Part shown: positions 9,906-19,518 of the stretch, piece after piece
Layout: each line of letters begins with the position of its first letter
How positions within the stretch are numbered: position 1 is the first letter of the stretch
Sequence record: CP121101.1
DNA length: 64,000 nt
Reading direction: 5' to 3' (one strand)
Source of the DNA: a plasmid
Notes under the pieces: model-generated
Seen by the model: the letters and a program-made list of their open reading frames with translations, nothing else
What the model was told of the DNA's origin: nothing
The model's database searches: none
Translations under genes and position numbers: made by a program

Positions 9906-10250
9906 ATGTTACCAAGCAGAAAAGGCGCATCGAAACTCGAGCCCTATACAGATGAACTCCTGGAGCTGAGGGGTAAACATTCGCTTGAGGTGATCCGTGA
10001 GTACCTAGAGGAGAAGTACAACATTGAGATAACAAGGTCCGCAATAAATGCGTTCGTAAAACGAAGACAGAAAATATTGGCAAGCCATAGTTCGACCCAA
10101 CCAACTCCTCTCGTCCCCAGCGAGGAACCCAAAATGGCGCCAGCCGCCGTGCAGCGTAGTCATGTGGCCGAACGACTTCCTTCTGCCACATCCAATAAGG
10201 TGGAAACGCCTGTAGTTGTTGACGTGTGGGCAGGCAAGGTAAAACTCTGA
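9906..10250 (+). CDS. hypothetical protein, possible StbA-like DNA-binding partition adaptor
   Basis: 114-aa ORF immediately downstream of the direct repeats and upstream of an ATPase gene. Confidence 0.4.
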   Translation: MLPSRKGASKLEPYTDELLELRGKHSLEVIREYLEEKYNIEITRSAINAFVKRRQKILASHSSTQPTPLVPSEEPKMAPAAVQRSHVAERLPSATSNKVETPVVVDVWAGKVKL

Positions 10251-10268
10251 ATATTAGGGAATTAATAG

Positions 10269-11024
10269 ATGAAGATTGTTGTTGTATCTAAAACAGGATT
10301 TGTAGGAAAAACCGTTCTGTCTGCCCACTGGTTGAAAACCATGATGCCCGCAGCCCAGCTCTTCTCGATTGAGGACATGAACCAGGCCGCTGATGCACTT
10401 GGTGTTGACGTAACCACAATGAACGGGGGTCAATTCTCAAATCTGATGAATTCAATCATGGTAGAAGATGAGGCCATCATCGATGTGGGTATGAGCAACG
10501 TCCGGTTCTTCATCGACGGACTTCGCAAGTTCAGTAACTCTTGCCAAGAGTTCGACTACTACTTTATCCCCCTCACACCAGAGAAGCGTTGCCAGGCAGA
10601 GGCGGCAGAAACCATCAACACGCTGTTGGAAATTGGCGTTGACCCTGCTCGGATTCGCCCGATTTTCAACAAAATTCCAGCCACATTCTTCTCCTTCGAC
10701 CAGTTTGCAAGCTTCGTGTCATACATGAAAAAGCATACAAAAGTGGAGACCGACTTCCGGTGGGCAGTAGAAGAAAACCCGGCGTTTGAAATGCTGTCGC
10801 GGCAGGAGCTGAGCCTTGCTAGCGTGGTAGCTGATACTCGAGACTACAAAAGTGAGGCAAAGGCTATCGTTATGAAATCTCGTACAGAAGGGTTGGAGCT
10901 CGATGCCAGGAAGGTAGAAGAACTGACGTCCATGCACACTCTACGCATGTGCTGTGTTCCGCTCCTTGAGAAGCTCACTACAGTCTGGGGGGATTTACGT
11001 CTTACTACTAAGCAGGTCGCCTAA
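10269..11024 (+). CDS. ParA/StbB-like protein with a degenerate Walker A (SKTGFVGKT)
   Basis: 251-aa ORF. The deviant P-loop starts at residue 7. The gene order resembles stbABC. Confidence 0.45.
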   Translation: MKIVVVSKTGFVGKTVLSAHWLKTMMPAAQLFSIEDMNQAADALGVDVTTMNGGQFSNLMNSIMVEDEAIIDVGMSNVRFFIDGLRKFSNSCQEFDYYFIPLTPEKRCQAEAAETINTLLEIGVDPARIRPIFNKIPATFFSFDQFASFVSYMKKHTKVETDFRWAVEENPAFEMLSRQELSLASVVADTRDYKSEAKAIVMKSRTEGLELDARKVEELTSMHTLRMCCVPLLEKLTTVWGDLRLTTKQVA

Positions 11025-11461
11025 TGGCCCCGGAAAACCTATCGTTGAAGGGGGGCTTGTTACCGGCAGAACATTACCAGGCGATCTTTGCATCCATGCT
11101 TGGTGATGTGTACGAAGCCATTCAGGCAGCCAGCCGCCTACAACGAGAGGTGGAGCGTACCCACGAACTGTTTAGCAAGATTGAGTCGCTTTTAAAATGG
11201 CTATCCCGTGAGCGGCAAGAGATACATGATGCAGCAACACGCTTTGGTGTCATGCTAGAGCGGCTTGATGAAGAAAACGAGCGATTTATTCGTGTGCATC
11301 GTTCAACTCTCGATGCGATGAGGAGTGAGTTAGACTTCATAGCCCGCTCCGAAATGAAGGAGAGGGGAAGCAAGCTGAATGTTGTTACAAATGTTCCCTG
11401 GTTGGTAGCCATTATCTGTTCAGGCATTACAGGTTACTTACTTGGTATGATGGCGAAATGA
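11024..11461 (+). CDS. hypothetical protein with a C-terminal transmembrane anchor (StbC-like position)
   Basis: 145-aa ORF; its start overlaps the upstream stop. Hydrophobic C-terminus VPWLVAIICSGITGYLLGMM. Confidence 0.4.
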   Translation: MAPENLSLKGGLLPAEHYQAIFASMLGDVYEAIQAASRLQREVERTHELFSKIESLLKWLSRERQEIHDAATRFGVMLERLDEENERFIRVHRSTLDAMRSELDFIARSEMKERGSKLNVVTNVPWLVAIICSGITGYLLGMMAK

Positions 11462-11462
11462 A

Positions 11463-11497
11463 TTGAAGGCCGTACAGCGATTGTGCGGCCTTTTTTT
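11463..11497 (+). terminator. rho-independent terminator
   Basis: ggccgtacagcgattgtgcggcc stem followed by TTTTTTT. Confidence 0.6.
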
Positions 11498-11559
11498 GCT
11501 TATTCACTTCAGGTCGACTCGGCGATGCACCGTTCGAGAGATCGCTAGGTAGGCACATC

Positions 11560-13053
11560 AGCAAGCTGCAGCTAGATTCTGTATGGGCAGGGGGCCAACT
11601 AAGGCGAAGGCCGGGGGGGGGGCATCGGCTCTCGCCGGCCCGAGGCCCCGCCAGTACCGGCCGGGTGGAGTTATCCAAGGTACTGGCCTAGCATGCCTGG
11701 AGCCGGCGCCAGATCCTGCAGGGGCGGGGCCAACCAAGGTGCCGGCCGAAGAAACACCGGCTCCCGCACACCTGCAGGCCTGACCGTGGCAGCCCTAAGG
11801 CTGAGTTCTACGGCCTTAAAGCGTCAGAACAAACGCCCTCATAATCTCCTCCTTCCTCACATCCATGACTTGGCAAGCAAACAAATGCCTGCCGCCATCT
11901 CGAGCCTAACCGCATGACGCGAACCGGATATCCAGCCCGGGACGCACCGAGCATCCCAAACCGGTCCTCTGAACACCGAACCGAAACCGATAATGGGGCG
12001 GGCTACCTGGGACGTTGAGCTCGGGCCTTGCCAGCCCCAGCACACCTGACGGCCCCGCCGACTGCCATGAACCGGAACACTCGTCCAGCAGGGTACCGAG
12101 CCTGCGACGGCCCTGGCTCGACTTAACCAGCCCCGGCCCAGGGCCCGCCATGCACCGGCTCCCCCTGAACACCGAACCGACCGGCAGCCCGGGGCCACCT
12201 GCTGTACCGGCCCGCCGGACAGAGTACCGGATCCACCCCGCCGGCGGTGGCCAACTCGGGCTCCGAGACCGCGGCGGCCCGGGGCCACCGGCAGCACCAC
12301 CACACCGAATACAACTCCGGATCGGTCCACACTGGCCAAAGAGTCCGCGGCGGCACGATCCGTCAACCACACTCCACAAAGGCCAGCGCGAGCGCTACCA
12401 AAGCCCAGGATCTTGAGATCGGCATGCACACCGAGTAAATCCCGCCGCCACCTGGTCCAGCACACTTGCCGGCACCGCCGGACGTAGCACCCGATCCCCC
12501 GCCGGCGGTGGCCGCCCTCTGCCCGATCCCACGGTGACCCGGGCCATCCTGCTGCACCGCCCCGCCAGACGTTGTACCTCAGTGGCCCCCCATGCGCCGA
12601 GCACGCAGCAGCCCGAGACGTACCAGGTATTGCGCATCGGCTTACTCGACCCAGGGCACCAATGGGGATAGCGGTACCCGCTCGGCGGCCAGCATCTGCA
12701 GAATCAGCCCTGATCATTTAGTCCGGGCCCCTTAGACTCAGCACACCAGTGTGTGGAGCTCGAATACCGCCGGAGCCTTGGCTTGCTACTCTGCATGCAC
12801 ACCGACAAAAACCAGCCACCACAACTCCCGGCCCCACCGGCAACAGCACCGATCCGGGAGCTGCAGCGCCACCGGCAAGCACCGGAACACCCGCAGGCAG
12901 TGGCCACCCTCTAACCGAACCCGCCGGCCGCTACAACCGATCACCCCGCCGCTGCTGGGCACCCTGGATGCCGAACTCGCTGCCGCCCGGGGCCACCTGC
13001 AACACAGACCCATCGGAGGCCGCGCCGAATCCCCGCCCGGTCGCCGGCTACCC
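11560..13053. repeat. GC-rich (about 68 %) degenerate tandem-repeat array, unit about 150-330 bp, non-coding
   Basis: Recurring modules (cacactggccaaagagtccgc...gatcggcatgcacaccgagtaaatc...; ctgaacaccgaaccgaccgg...caccgaatacaactccgg). The same modules recur at 44147..44500. ORFs here are Arg/Gly/Pro-rich on both strands and are compositional artefacts. Confidence 0.6.
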
Positions 13054-13159
13054 GGGGTCGTTTGCGGGAGAGGGCGAAATCCTACGCTAAGGCTTTGGCC
13101 AACGATATTCTCCGGTAAGATTGATGTGTTCCCAGGGGATAGGAGAAGTCGCTTGATAT

Positions 13160-13998
13160 CTAGTATGACGTCTGTCGCACCTGCTTGATCGCGGCCGCGA
13201 TAGCTAGATCGCGTTGCTCCTCTTCTCCATCCGCGTTCCAAGCTGCGGAAAGGCACCCATAAGCGTACGCCTGGTCGAGCAGGCGACGCGGATCGACGTC
13301 CAGCGCACGAGAGAATGCGTCCGCCATCTGTGCAATGCGTCTAGGATCGAGACAAAGGTCGTCTCTGTCAGCCGGATCGTAGAACATATTGGCGGCGCCA
13401 AAGCCCACTTCACCGACCAGACCGACGGGATCTATCACCAGCCAGCCGCGACTGGAGAACATGATGTTTTCATGATGCAGATCGCCATGTAGCCCACCAG
13501 TTCCGAGGCATTGCTCATCATTTGATCGGCTATAATCGCCGCGTGGACGTAGTCAGTTTGACAACCTGCGTTTTGATCATCGCGCGCCCGCTGAAACAAA
13601 GCTGCAAAGCGATCCCGGATCGGGAGAAGGGCAGAAGGCAGGGGTTCCTCAGATGCGGCATACAGCTTCGCCATTAGTTCCGCTGCAATTTCGGTCGCCT
13701 GGTAGTCGCCGTGCTCGGCAACGATGTGAGAGAGCATTCGCTCCCCGGCATATTCGAGCAACATCAGATTGTTCTCACGACCGAGCAACCGGACTGCTCC
13801 CCTCCCATTGCGCCATACCAGATAGTCGGCCCCGCGCAGTTCATCAGCAATGTCTTCTATAGGTTTCAATCCCTTGACGATTGCAGGAGTCCCGTCTGGC
13901 AATGAAACTTTCCAAACGAGGCTGGAAAAGGTGTCCGCAATGAGAACAGGTTGCGAAACGTGCCAATGAGCAGGAAAAACAGGCGGCATGAACATCAA
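13160..13998 (-). pseudogene. strB: aminoglycoside 6-phosphotransferase APH(6)-Id (strB), frameshift near 13440-13460
   Basis: ORFs 13435..13998 and 13160..13462 together reproduce StrB. The frame is lost at NASEL|RGLHGDLHHENIMFSSRGW. Confidence 0.8.
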
Positions 13999-14491
13999 AA
14001 CCCCAAGTCAGAGGGTCCAATCGCAGATAGAAGGCAAGGCGTTCGCGGTCGGGGGCTTCGATCCCCAATACATTGAATAGGACAGCGAAGGCGCGCTCTG
14101 CTTCATCTGGCGCTGCCCAGTTCTCTTCGGCGTTAGCAATCATGAGTGCCAAATCGGCATAGCGATCTGCTGTTCCGAGCCGCCCAAGGTCGATCAGACC
14201 CGTGCATTGAGTTTTAGGGTCCACCATGAAGTTTTAGGGCCCACCATGAAGTTCGGCATGCAGGGATCAGCTGCCATGGCAAAAGAAGTCCATATCGGCA
14301 TTGCGCTCTTGCGTCGAGCCGCTCAAACGGTAGCTCTCGTTCGACACGAGCCAAAAGCAAATCGAGCTGCGCGTACTCTTGAAGAAGGCATGCCCGTCAC
14401 CACGTCGAAAAACAAAATCACCAGATTCTCCGCCTCTGACAGGCAACCAGTCAGAATGCGATTCACCAAAAAAAATATTAGTTCGATTCAA
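13995..14491 (-). pseudogene. strA: aminoglycoside 3''-phosphotransferase APH(3'')-Ib (strA) remnant: about 320-bp internal deletion plus a 19-bp imperfect tandem duplication at 14222-14262
   Basis: The N-terminal 36 aa (14384-14491) and the C-terminal MVDPKT...LDPLTWG (ORF 13844..14227) are present. The residue 40-147 region is absent. The duplication is ggtccaccatgaagtttta / gggcccaccatgaagtt. Confidence 0.7.
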
Positions 14492-14556
14492 TGGAGGTTC
14501 CTTCAGTTTTCTGATGAAGCGCGGAGGTGGCTCAACCTGCGAAAAGAAACGAGTTG

Positions 14557-15171
14557 CTACGTAAGTCCGAGAACATGCTTTCCATGGTCTCTGAGCTCGC
14601 CTTTGGGACCGACATATCGGTAGAGAGTGACGCGCTCGATGCCGAGTTCCTTGCAGAGATCGGAAACTGAAGTATCGCGCTGGGCCATGGCGGCTTGCGC
14701 GAGACGCACCTGAGCTTTGGTGAGCGCGAATTTTCGTCCGCCCTTGCGACCGCGCGCTCTCGCGGAGGCGAGACCCGCCATGGTGCGCTCTCGGATCAGA
14801 TCCCGCTCGAACTCGGCCAAGGTGGCGAAGATTCCGAACACCATGCGACCGGACGCAGTCGTGGTGTCGATCTGAGCGCCCTTTCCAGTCAGAACCCGCA
14901 GGCCGATCTTGCGGTCTGACAGCTCCTTCACCGTGTTGACCAGATGGGCAAGCGATCGTCCGAGGCGATCGAGCTTCCAGACCACCAGCACATCGCCGTC
15001 ACGCAATGACTTGAGGCAGGCAGTCAAGCCAGGGCGATCATCACGACCGCCGGAAGCAAGATCATCATAGATATTGTCCCGTTCGACACCTGCGGCGCGC
15101 AAGGCGTCGTGCTGCAGGTCGAGAGACTGCGAGCCATCGGCTTTGGAGACGCGGGCATATCCGATCAGCAT
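14557..15171 (-). CDS. tnpR: Tn5393 resolvase TnpR (serine recombinase)
   Basis: 204 aa, MLIGYARVSKADGSQSLDLQ... Transcribed divergently from tnpA. Confidence 0.85.
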   Translation of the reverse strand: MLIGYARVSKADGSQSLDLQHDALRAAGVERDNIYDDLASGGRDDRPGLTACLKSLRDGDVLVVWKLDRLGRSLAHLVNTVKELSDRKIGLRVLTGKGAQIDTTTASGRMVFGIFATLAEFERDLIRERTMAGLASARARGRKGGRKFALTKAQVRLAQAAMAQRDTSVSDLCKELGIERVTLYRYVGPKGELRDHGKHVLGLT

Positions 15172-15296
15172 GTATCACAAACGTTGGTTTGAGGCGGCGC
15201 TTCGGCCACGATTGCATTGACCTCTGGAAATGTATCTCAACCAGCTTCATAAACAAAGCGTCTTGAACGCTATCAGATTTTGAAAAAGGAACATGT
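15172..15296. promoter_or_regulatory. putative res site and divergent promoters between tnpR and tnpA (Tn5393)
   Basis: Position only. This is the 125-bp divergent intergenic region typical of this subgroup. Confidence 0.4.
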
Positions 15297-17924
15297 ATGC
15301 CGCGTCGCGTCACTCTAACCGATCGGCAGAAAGACGCGCTGTTGCGCTTGCCGACTTCACAGACGGATTTGCTCAAGCACTATACGCTGAGTGATGAAGA
15401 CCTTGGGCATATCAGGCTGCGTCGGCGCGCTCACAACAGGTTCGGCTTCGCCCTGCAATTGTGTGTCCTGCGCTATCCCGGCCGGGTGCTGGCTCCAGGC
15501 GAACTGATCCCTGCAGAGGTCATCGAATTTATCGGAGCGCAGCTTGGCCTGGGTGCCGACGATCTCGTAGACTATGCTGCCCGCGAGGAAACACGGCACG
15601 AGCATCTTGCCGAGTTACGGGGGCTCTACGGCTTCCGCACCTTCTCCGGACGTGGTGCGAGCGAGCTGAAGGAATGGTTGTTCCGAGAAGCCGAGATGGC
15701 GGTGTCGAACGAGGATATCGCCCGTCGCTTCGTAGCCGAGTGCCGACGCACCCGCACTGTCCTTCCCGCGACATCCACGATCGAGCGGCTTTGTGCCGCG
15801 GCTCTCGTCGATGCCGAGCGACGCATCGAGACGAGGATCGCCAGTCGGCTGCCTATGTCGATCCGAGAACAGTTGCTGGCATTGCTCGAGGAGACGGCTG
15901 ATGATCGGGTGACCCGTTTTGTGTGGCTGCGCCAGTTCGAGCCTGGCTCGAACTCTTCGTCGGCCAACCGGCTGCTCGACCGGCTCGAATATCTGCAACG
16001 CATCGATCTCCCCGAGGATCTGCTTGCCGGCGTTCCTGCCCATCGGGTGACTCGTCTGCGCAGGCAGGGTGAACGGTATTATGCCGACGGCATGCGCGAT
16101 CTCCCGGAGGACAGGCGGCTTGCGATCTTGGCTGTTTGCGTCTCGGAATGGCAGGCGATGTTGGCCGACGCAGTGGTCGAAACCCACGACCGGATCGTCG
16201 GCCGTCTCTACCGTGCTTCGGAGCGTATTTGCCATGCAAAGGTCGCAGACGAAGCGGGGGTGGTGCGTGACACCCTGAAATCCTTCGCCGAGATCGGGGG
16301 CGCCCTGGTCGATGCACAGGATGATGGCCAGCCGCTGGGCGATGTCATCGCGAGTGGGTCAGGGTGGGACGGCTTAAAAACCCTTGTTGCAATGGCAACC
16401 AGGCTGACCGCCACCATGGCCGACGATCCGCTCAATCATGTGCTCGACGGTTATCACCGCTTCCGCCGATACGCTCCACGCATGTTGCGCCTGCTCGATC
16501 TGCGAGCTGCGCCCGTTGCACTGCCGCTTCTGGAAGCGGTGACGGCCCTTCGTACCGGTTTGAACGATGCCGCGATGACCAGCTTCTTGCGGCCCAGCTC
16601 GAAATGGCATCGCCACCTTCGGGCCCAGAGGGCTGGCGACGCTCGCCTATGGGAGATCGCGGTGCTGTTCCATCTGCGCGATGCGTTCCGCTCCGGAGAT
16701 GTCTGGCTTACTAGGTCCCGGCGCTATGGCGATCTGAAACACGCACTCGTTCCGGCACAATCCATCGCGGAAGGCGGTCGTCTCGCTGTGCCATTGCGGC
16801 CGGAGGAATGGCTGGCAGACCGGCAAGCTCGCCTCGACATGCGGTTGCGCGAGCTTGGCCGTGCCGCTCGCGCAGGCACGATCCCGGGCGGGTCGATTGA
16901 AAACGGCGTTCTGCATATCGAGAAACTCGAAGCCGCCGCGCCGACAGGCGCCGAAGATCTGGTGCTCGATCTCTACAAGCAGATCCCGCCCACGCGCATC
17001 ACCGATCTCCTGCTGGAGGTGGATGCGGCGACCGGCTTCACCGAAGCGTTCACCCATCTGCGCACAGGAGCACCCTGCGCTGACCGGATCGGGCTAATGA
17101 ACGTTATCTTGGCGGAAGGGATCAACCTCGGCTTGCGCAAAATGGCGGATGCGACAAACACCCACACCTTCTGGGAATTGATCCGCATTGGACGGTGGCA
17201 TGTCGAGGGCGAAGCCTATGACCGGGCGCTGGCCATGGTGGTCGAGGCACAGGCAGCGTTACCCATGGCCCGGTTCTGGGGCATGGGCACGTCGGCTTCG
17301 AGCGACGGACAGTTCTTCGTCGCTACAGAGCAAGGTGAGGCCATGAACCTGGTCAACGCGAAATATGGCAATACCCCGGGCCTGAAAGCCTATAGCCACG
17401 TCTCCGACCAATATGCGCCGTTCGCAACCCAGGTGATTCCTGCAACGGCAAGCGAAGCGCCTTACATCCTCGATGGCCTGCTGATGAACGATGCTGGACG
17501 CCATATCCGCGAGCAGTTCACCGACACGGGCGGCTTCACCGATCACGTCTTTGCCGCATGTGCCATTCTCGGCTACCGGTTCGCTCCGCGCATCCGCGAC
17601 CTGCCATCCAAACGGCTCTACGCGTTCAATCCGTCGGCCGCCCCGGCGCACCTGCGAGCGTTGATCGGCGGAAAGGTCAACCAAGCCATGATCGAGCGCA
17701 ATTGGCCCGACATCCTGCGCATCGCCGCCACCATTGCTGCCGGGACCGTCGCGCCAAGCCAGATTCTGCGGAAACTCGCCTCCTATCCGCGGCAGAACGA
17801 GCTCGCGACAGCCCTGCGGGAAGTCGGTCGCGTCGAGCGCACCCTGTTCATGATCGACTGGATTCTGGATGCCGAACTCCAACGGGGAACCGCAGAATTC
17901 GGAAAAAATCGTACGCTAAGCTAA
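15297..17924 (+). pseudogene. tnpA: Tn3-family transposase TnpA (Tn5393-type), 3'-truncated at 17883 by the Tn1721-type IR
   Basis: 875-aa ORF with conserved Tn3-family C-terminal motifs ([33 protein letters not shown]). The last 13 codons and the stop come from the adjacent IR, and about 100 aa are missing. Confidence 0.8.
17884..17920 (+). repeat. Tn501/Tn1721-type terminal inverted repeat, left end (GGGGAACCGCAGAATTCGGAAAAAATCGTACGCTAAG)
   Basis: Matches the 38-bp IR of the Tn21/Tn501/Tn1721 subgroup. The same IR is inverted at 44109..44146. Confidence 0.75.
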
Positions 17925-18071
17925 CGGTGTTCTCGTGACAGCTCTTTGACTAGGCTTTCTAAGGCCATTCTGATAGCCCTGACTTCCTGAAAAGCCATGG
18001 CTAAAATTTGTGCGGCTAAAAGGGATAACCGATGGTAAAGTAAGTTATCCCTGTCGAGATACTGAAAAGCG

Positions 18072-18947
18072 TTATCCTCGTTTTTCCCAAAACTGTTTTG
18101 CCAGTTCGCTCAGAGCGCTAGTTAACTGAGCGACAGATTTCGCACTTTGCAAATTATTCTGCCCGGTCTGTACATTGGTATCAGCAGCATCGCGTATATT
18201 GATAATACTGCGGTTTATGTCTTCACTTACTGCTCCCTGCTGCTCGACCGCAGTCGCTATTTGCGCGTTCATGTCGGTAATTTCGTTAACGCGTTGGCCA
18301 ATTCCATCAAGAGCTGTAGCTGCTTCCTCTGCGTGAGCTACACTCGTGTGCGCTTGCCGACTACTTTGCTCCATGACTGTAACAGCGGATTGCGCTCGCT
18401 CTTGTAGAGCGCTGATCATGCTTTGAATATCCGTTGTCGATTGCTGTGTGCGAGCAGCAAGACTGCGAACCTCATCGGCGACAACAGCAAAACCACGCCC
18501 CTGCTCACCAGCACGCGCGGCCTCAATTGCTGCGTTGAGTGCCAACAAATTCGTTTGCTCGGCGATCCCTCGTATAACGTCAAGAACTTTTGATATCTCG
18601 TTACTTTGACCTTCAAGCTCATGAATAACCTGAGTGGCTTGCCTAATTTCACCTTCAAGGGCAGTGATTGACTGGCTTGTGTGGGCTACCAGACGCTGGC
18701 CAGATGCCGTCTCAGTGTCTGCTCTTCCGGCCGCATCTGCAGCATGCTGTGCATTGCTCGCAACCTCTTGAATGCTTGCCACCATTTGGTTTACTGCCGT
18801 TGCTATTTGATCTGTCTCTGCCTGCTGCTCAACTGTAAGTACATTGCTTGACTCAATATCCTTTAGTAGGCCTCGGGTGTGTTCGCTAAGCCGATTTGAT
18901 GCATCACCTATGCGACCTACTATGGCGCCTGTTTCAGCTTGCATCAT
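18072..18947 (-). CDS. mcp: methyl-accepting chemotaxis protein signalling domain (Tn1721 orfI/mcp-like), 5'-truncated
   Basis: 291-aa ORF with the MCP highly conserved domain ([31 protein letters not shown]). Tn1721 is known to carry an MCP-like orfI at its left end. Confidence 0.65.
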   Translation of the reverse strand: MMQAETGAIVGRIGDASNRLSEHTRGLLKDIESSNVLTVEQQAETDQIATAVNQMVASIQEVASNAQHAADAAGRADTETASGQRLVAHTSQSITALEGEIRQATQVIHELEGQSNEISKVLDVIRGIAEQTNLLALNAAIEAARAGEQGRGFAVVADEVRSLAARTQQSTTDIQSMISALQERAQSAVTVMEQSSRQAHTSVAHAEEAATALDGIGQRVNEITDMNAQIATAVEQQGAVSEDINRSIINIRDAADTNVQTGQNNLQSAKSVAQLTSALSELAKQFWEKRG

Positions 18948-19117
18948 TCGTAAAGCAAACTCTATTTGGCCAAACTCATCGGTGCGCCCAGTGTAGAGGG
19001 ATTGACTTAATGGGTTATTGGAAATATTCCGGCTCTTTCAACCAGTCTTCCAAGAGGAGAGAGAATAGCCAAAACACTAACAGAGCTTAAGCTTCCTGAC
19101 ATTAAAGTGGCTAACAA

Positions 19118-19164
19118 TAAGCTGCTTATTGATGTATCAGTAAGCTGCTTATTGATGTATCAGT
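19118..19164. repeat. perfect tandem duplication of about 24 bp (GCTGCTTATTGATGTATCAGTAA x2)
   Basis: Direct reading. Lies about 215 bp outside the Tn402 IRt. Confidence 0.6.
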
Positions 19165-19518
19165 AAGCATGCCGGCAGCCATTGCGCTTGATATAATACT
19201 ACCCCATATGAGCAAGAGTATTTTCACGGAAAAGCTAGCAGCCAATTTCGGCCTCGCGGCCTTCCCGCTTCTCAATTGAGCATATAATTTTTCCGCAGCC
19301 AAAACCTGCTCAGGTTCAGGCTTGGTCCTTACAGACTGGTATTCAACAATCGGCTAACTGATGTCAGGCAGGGCCGCTGTCATTTTCAGAAGACGACTGC
19401 ACCAGTTGATTGGGCGTAATGGCTGTTGTGCAGCCAGCTCCTGACAGTTCAATATCAGAAGTGATCTGCACCAATCTCGACTATGCTCAATACTCGTGTG
19501 CACCAAAGCGAGGTGAGC

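Larger units (their letters stand above)
13054..17883. mobile_element. Tn5393-type transposon remnant (IR-strB-strA-tnpR-res-tnpA'), tnpA end lost
   Basis: The 38-bp IR GGGGTCGTTTGCGGGAGAGGGCGAAATCCTACGCTAAG is at 13054..13091. Gene order and products match Tn5393. Confidence 0.75.

Noticed and set aside
11857-12717. Long ORFs (286 aa, 157 aa and others, on both strands) in the GC-rich region 11560-13053 and at 44147-44650
   Set aside because: The translations are Arg/Gly/Pro/Ala-rich, low-complexity and overlapping in all frames. The DNA is a degenerate tandem repeat. No RBS or homology. These are compositional artefacts of ~68 % GC.
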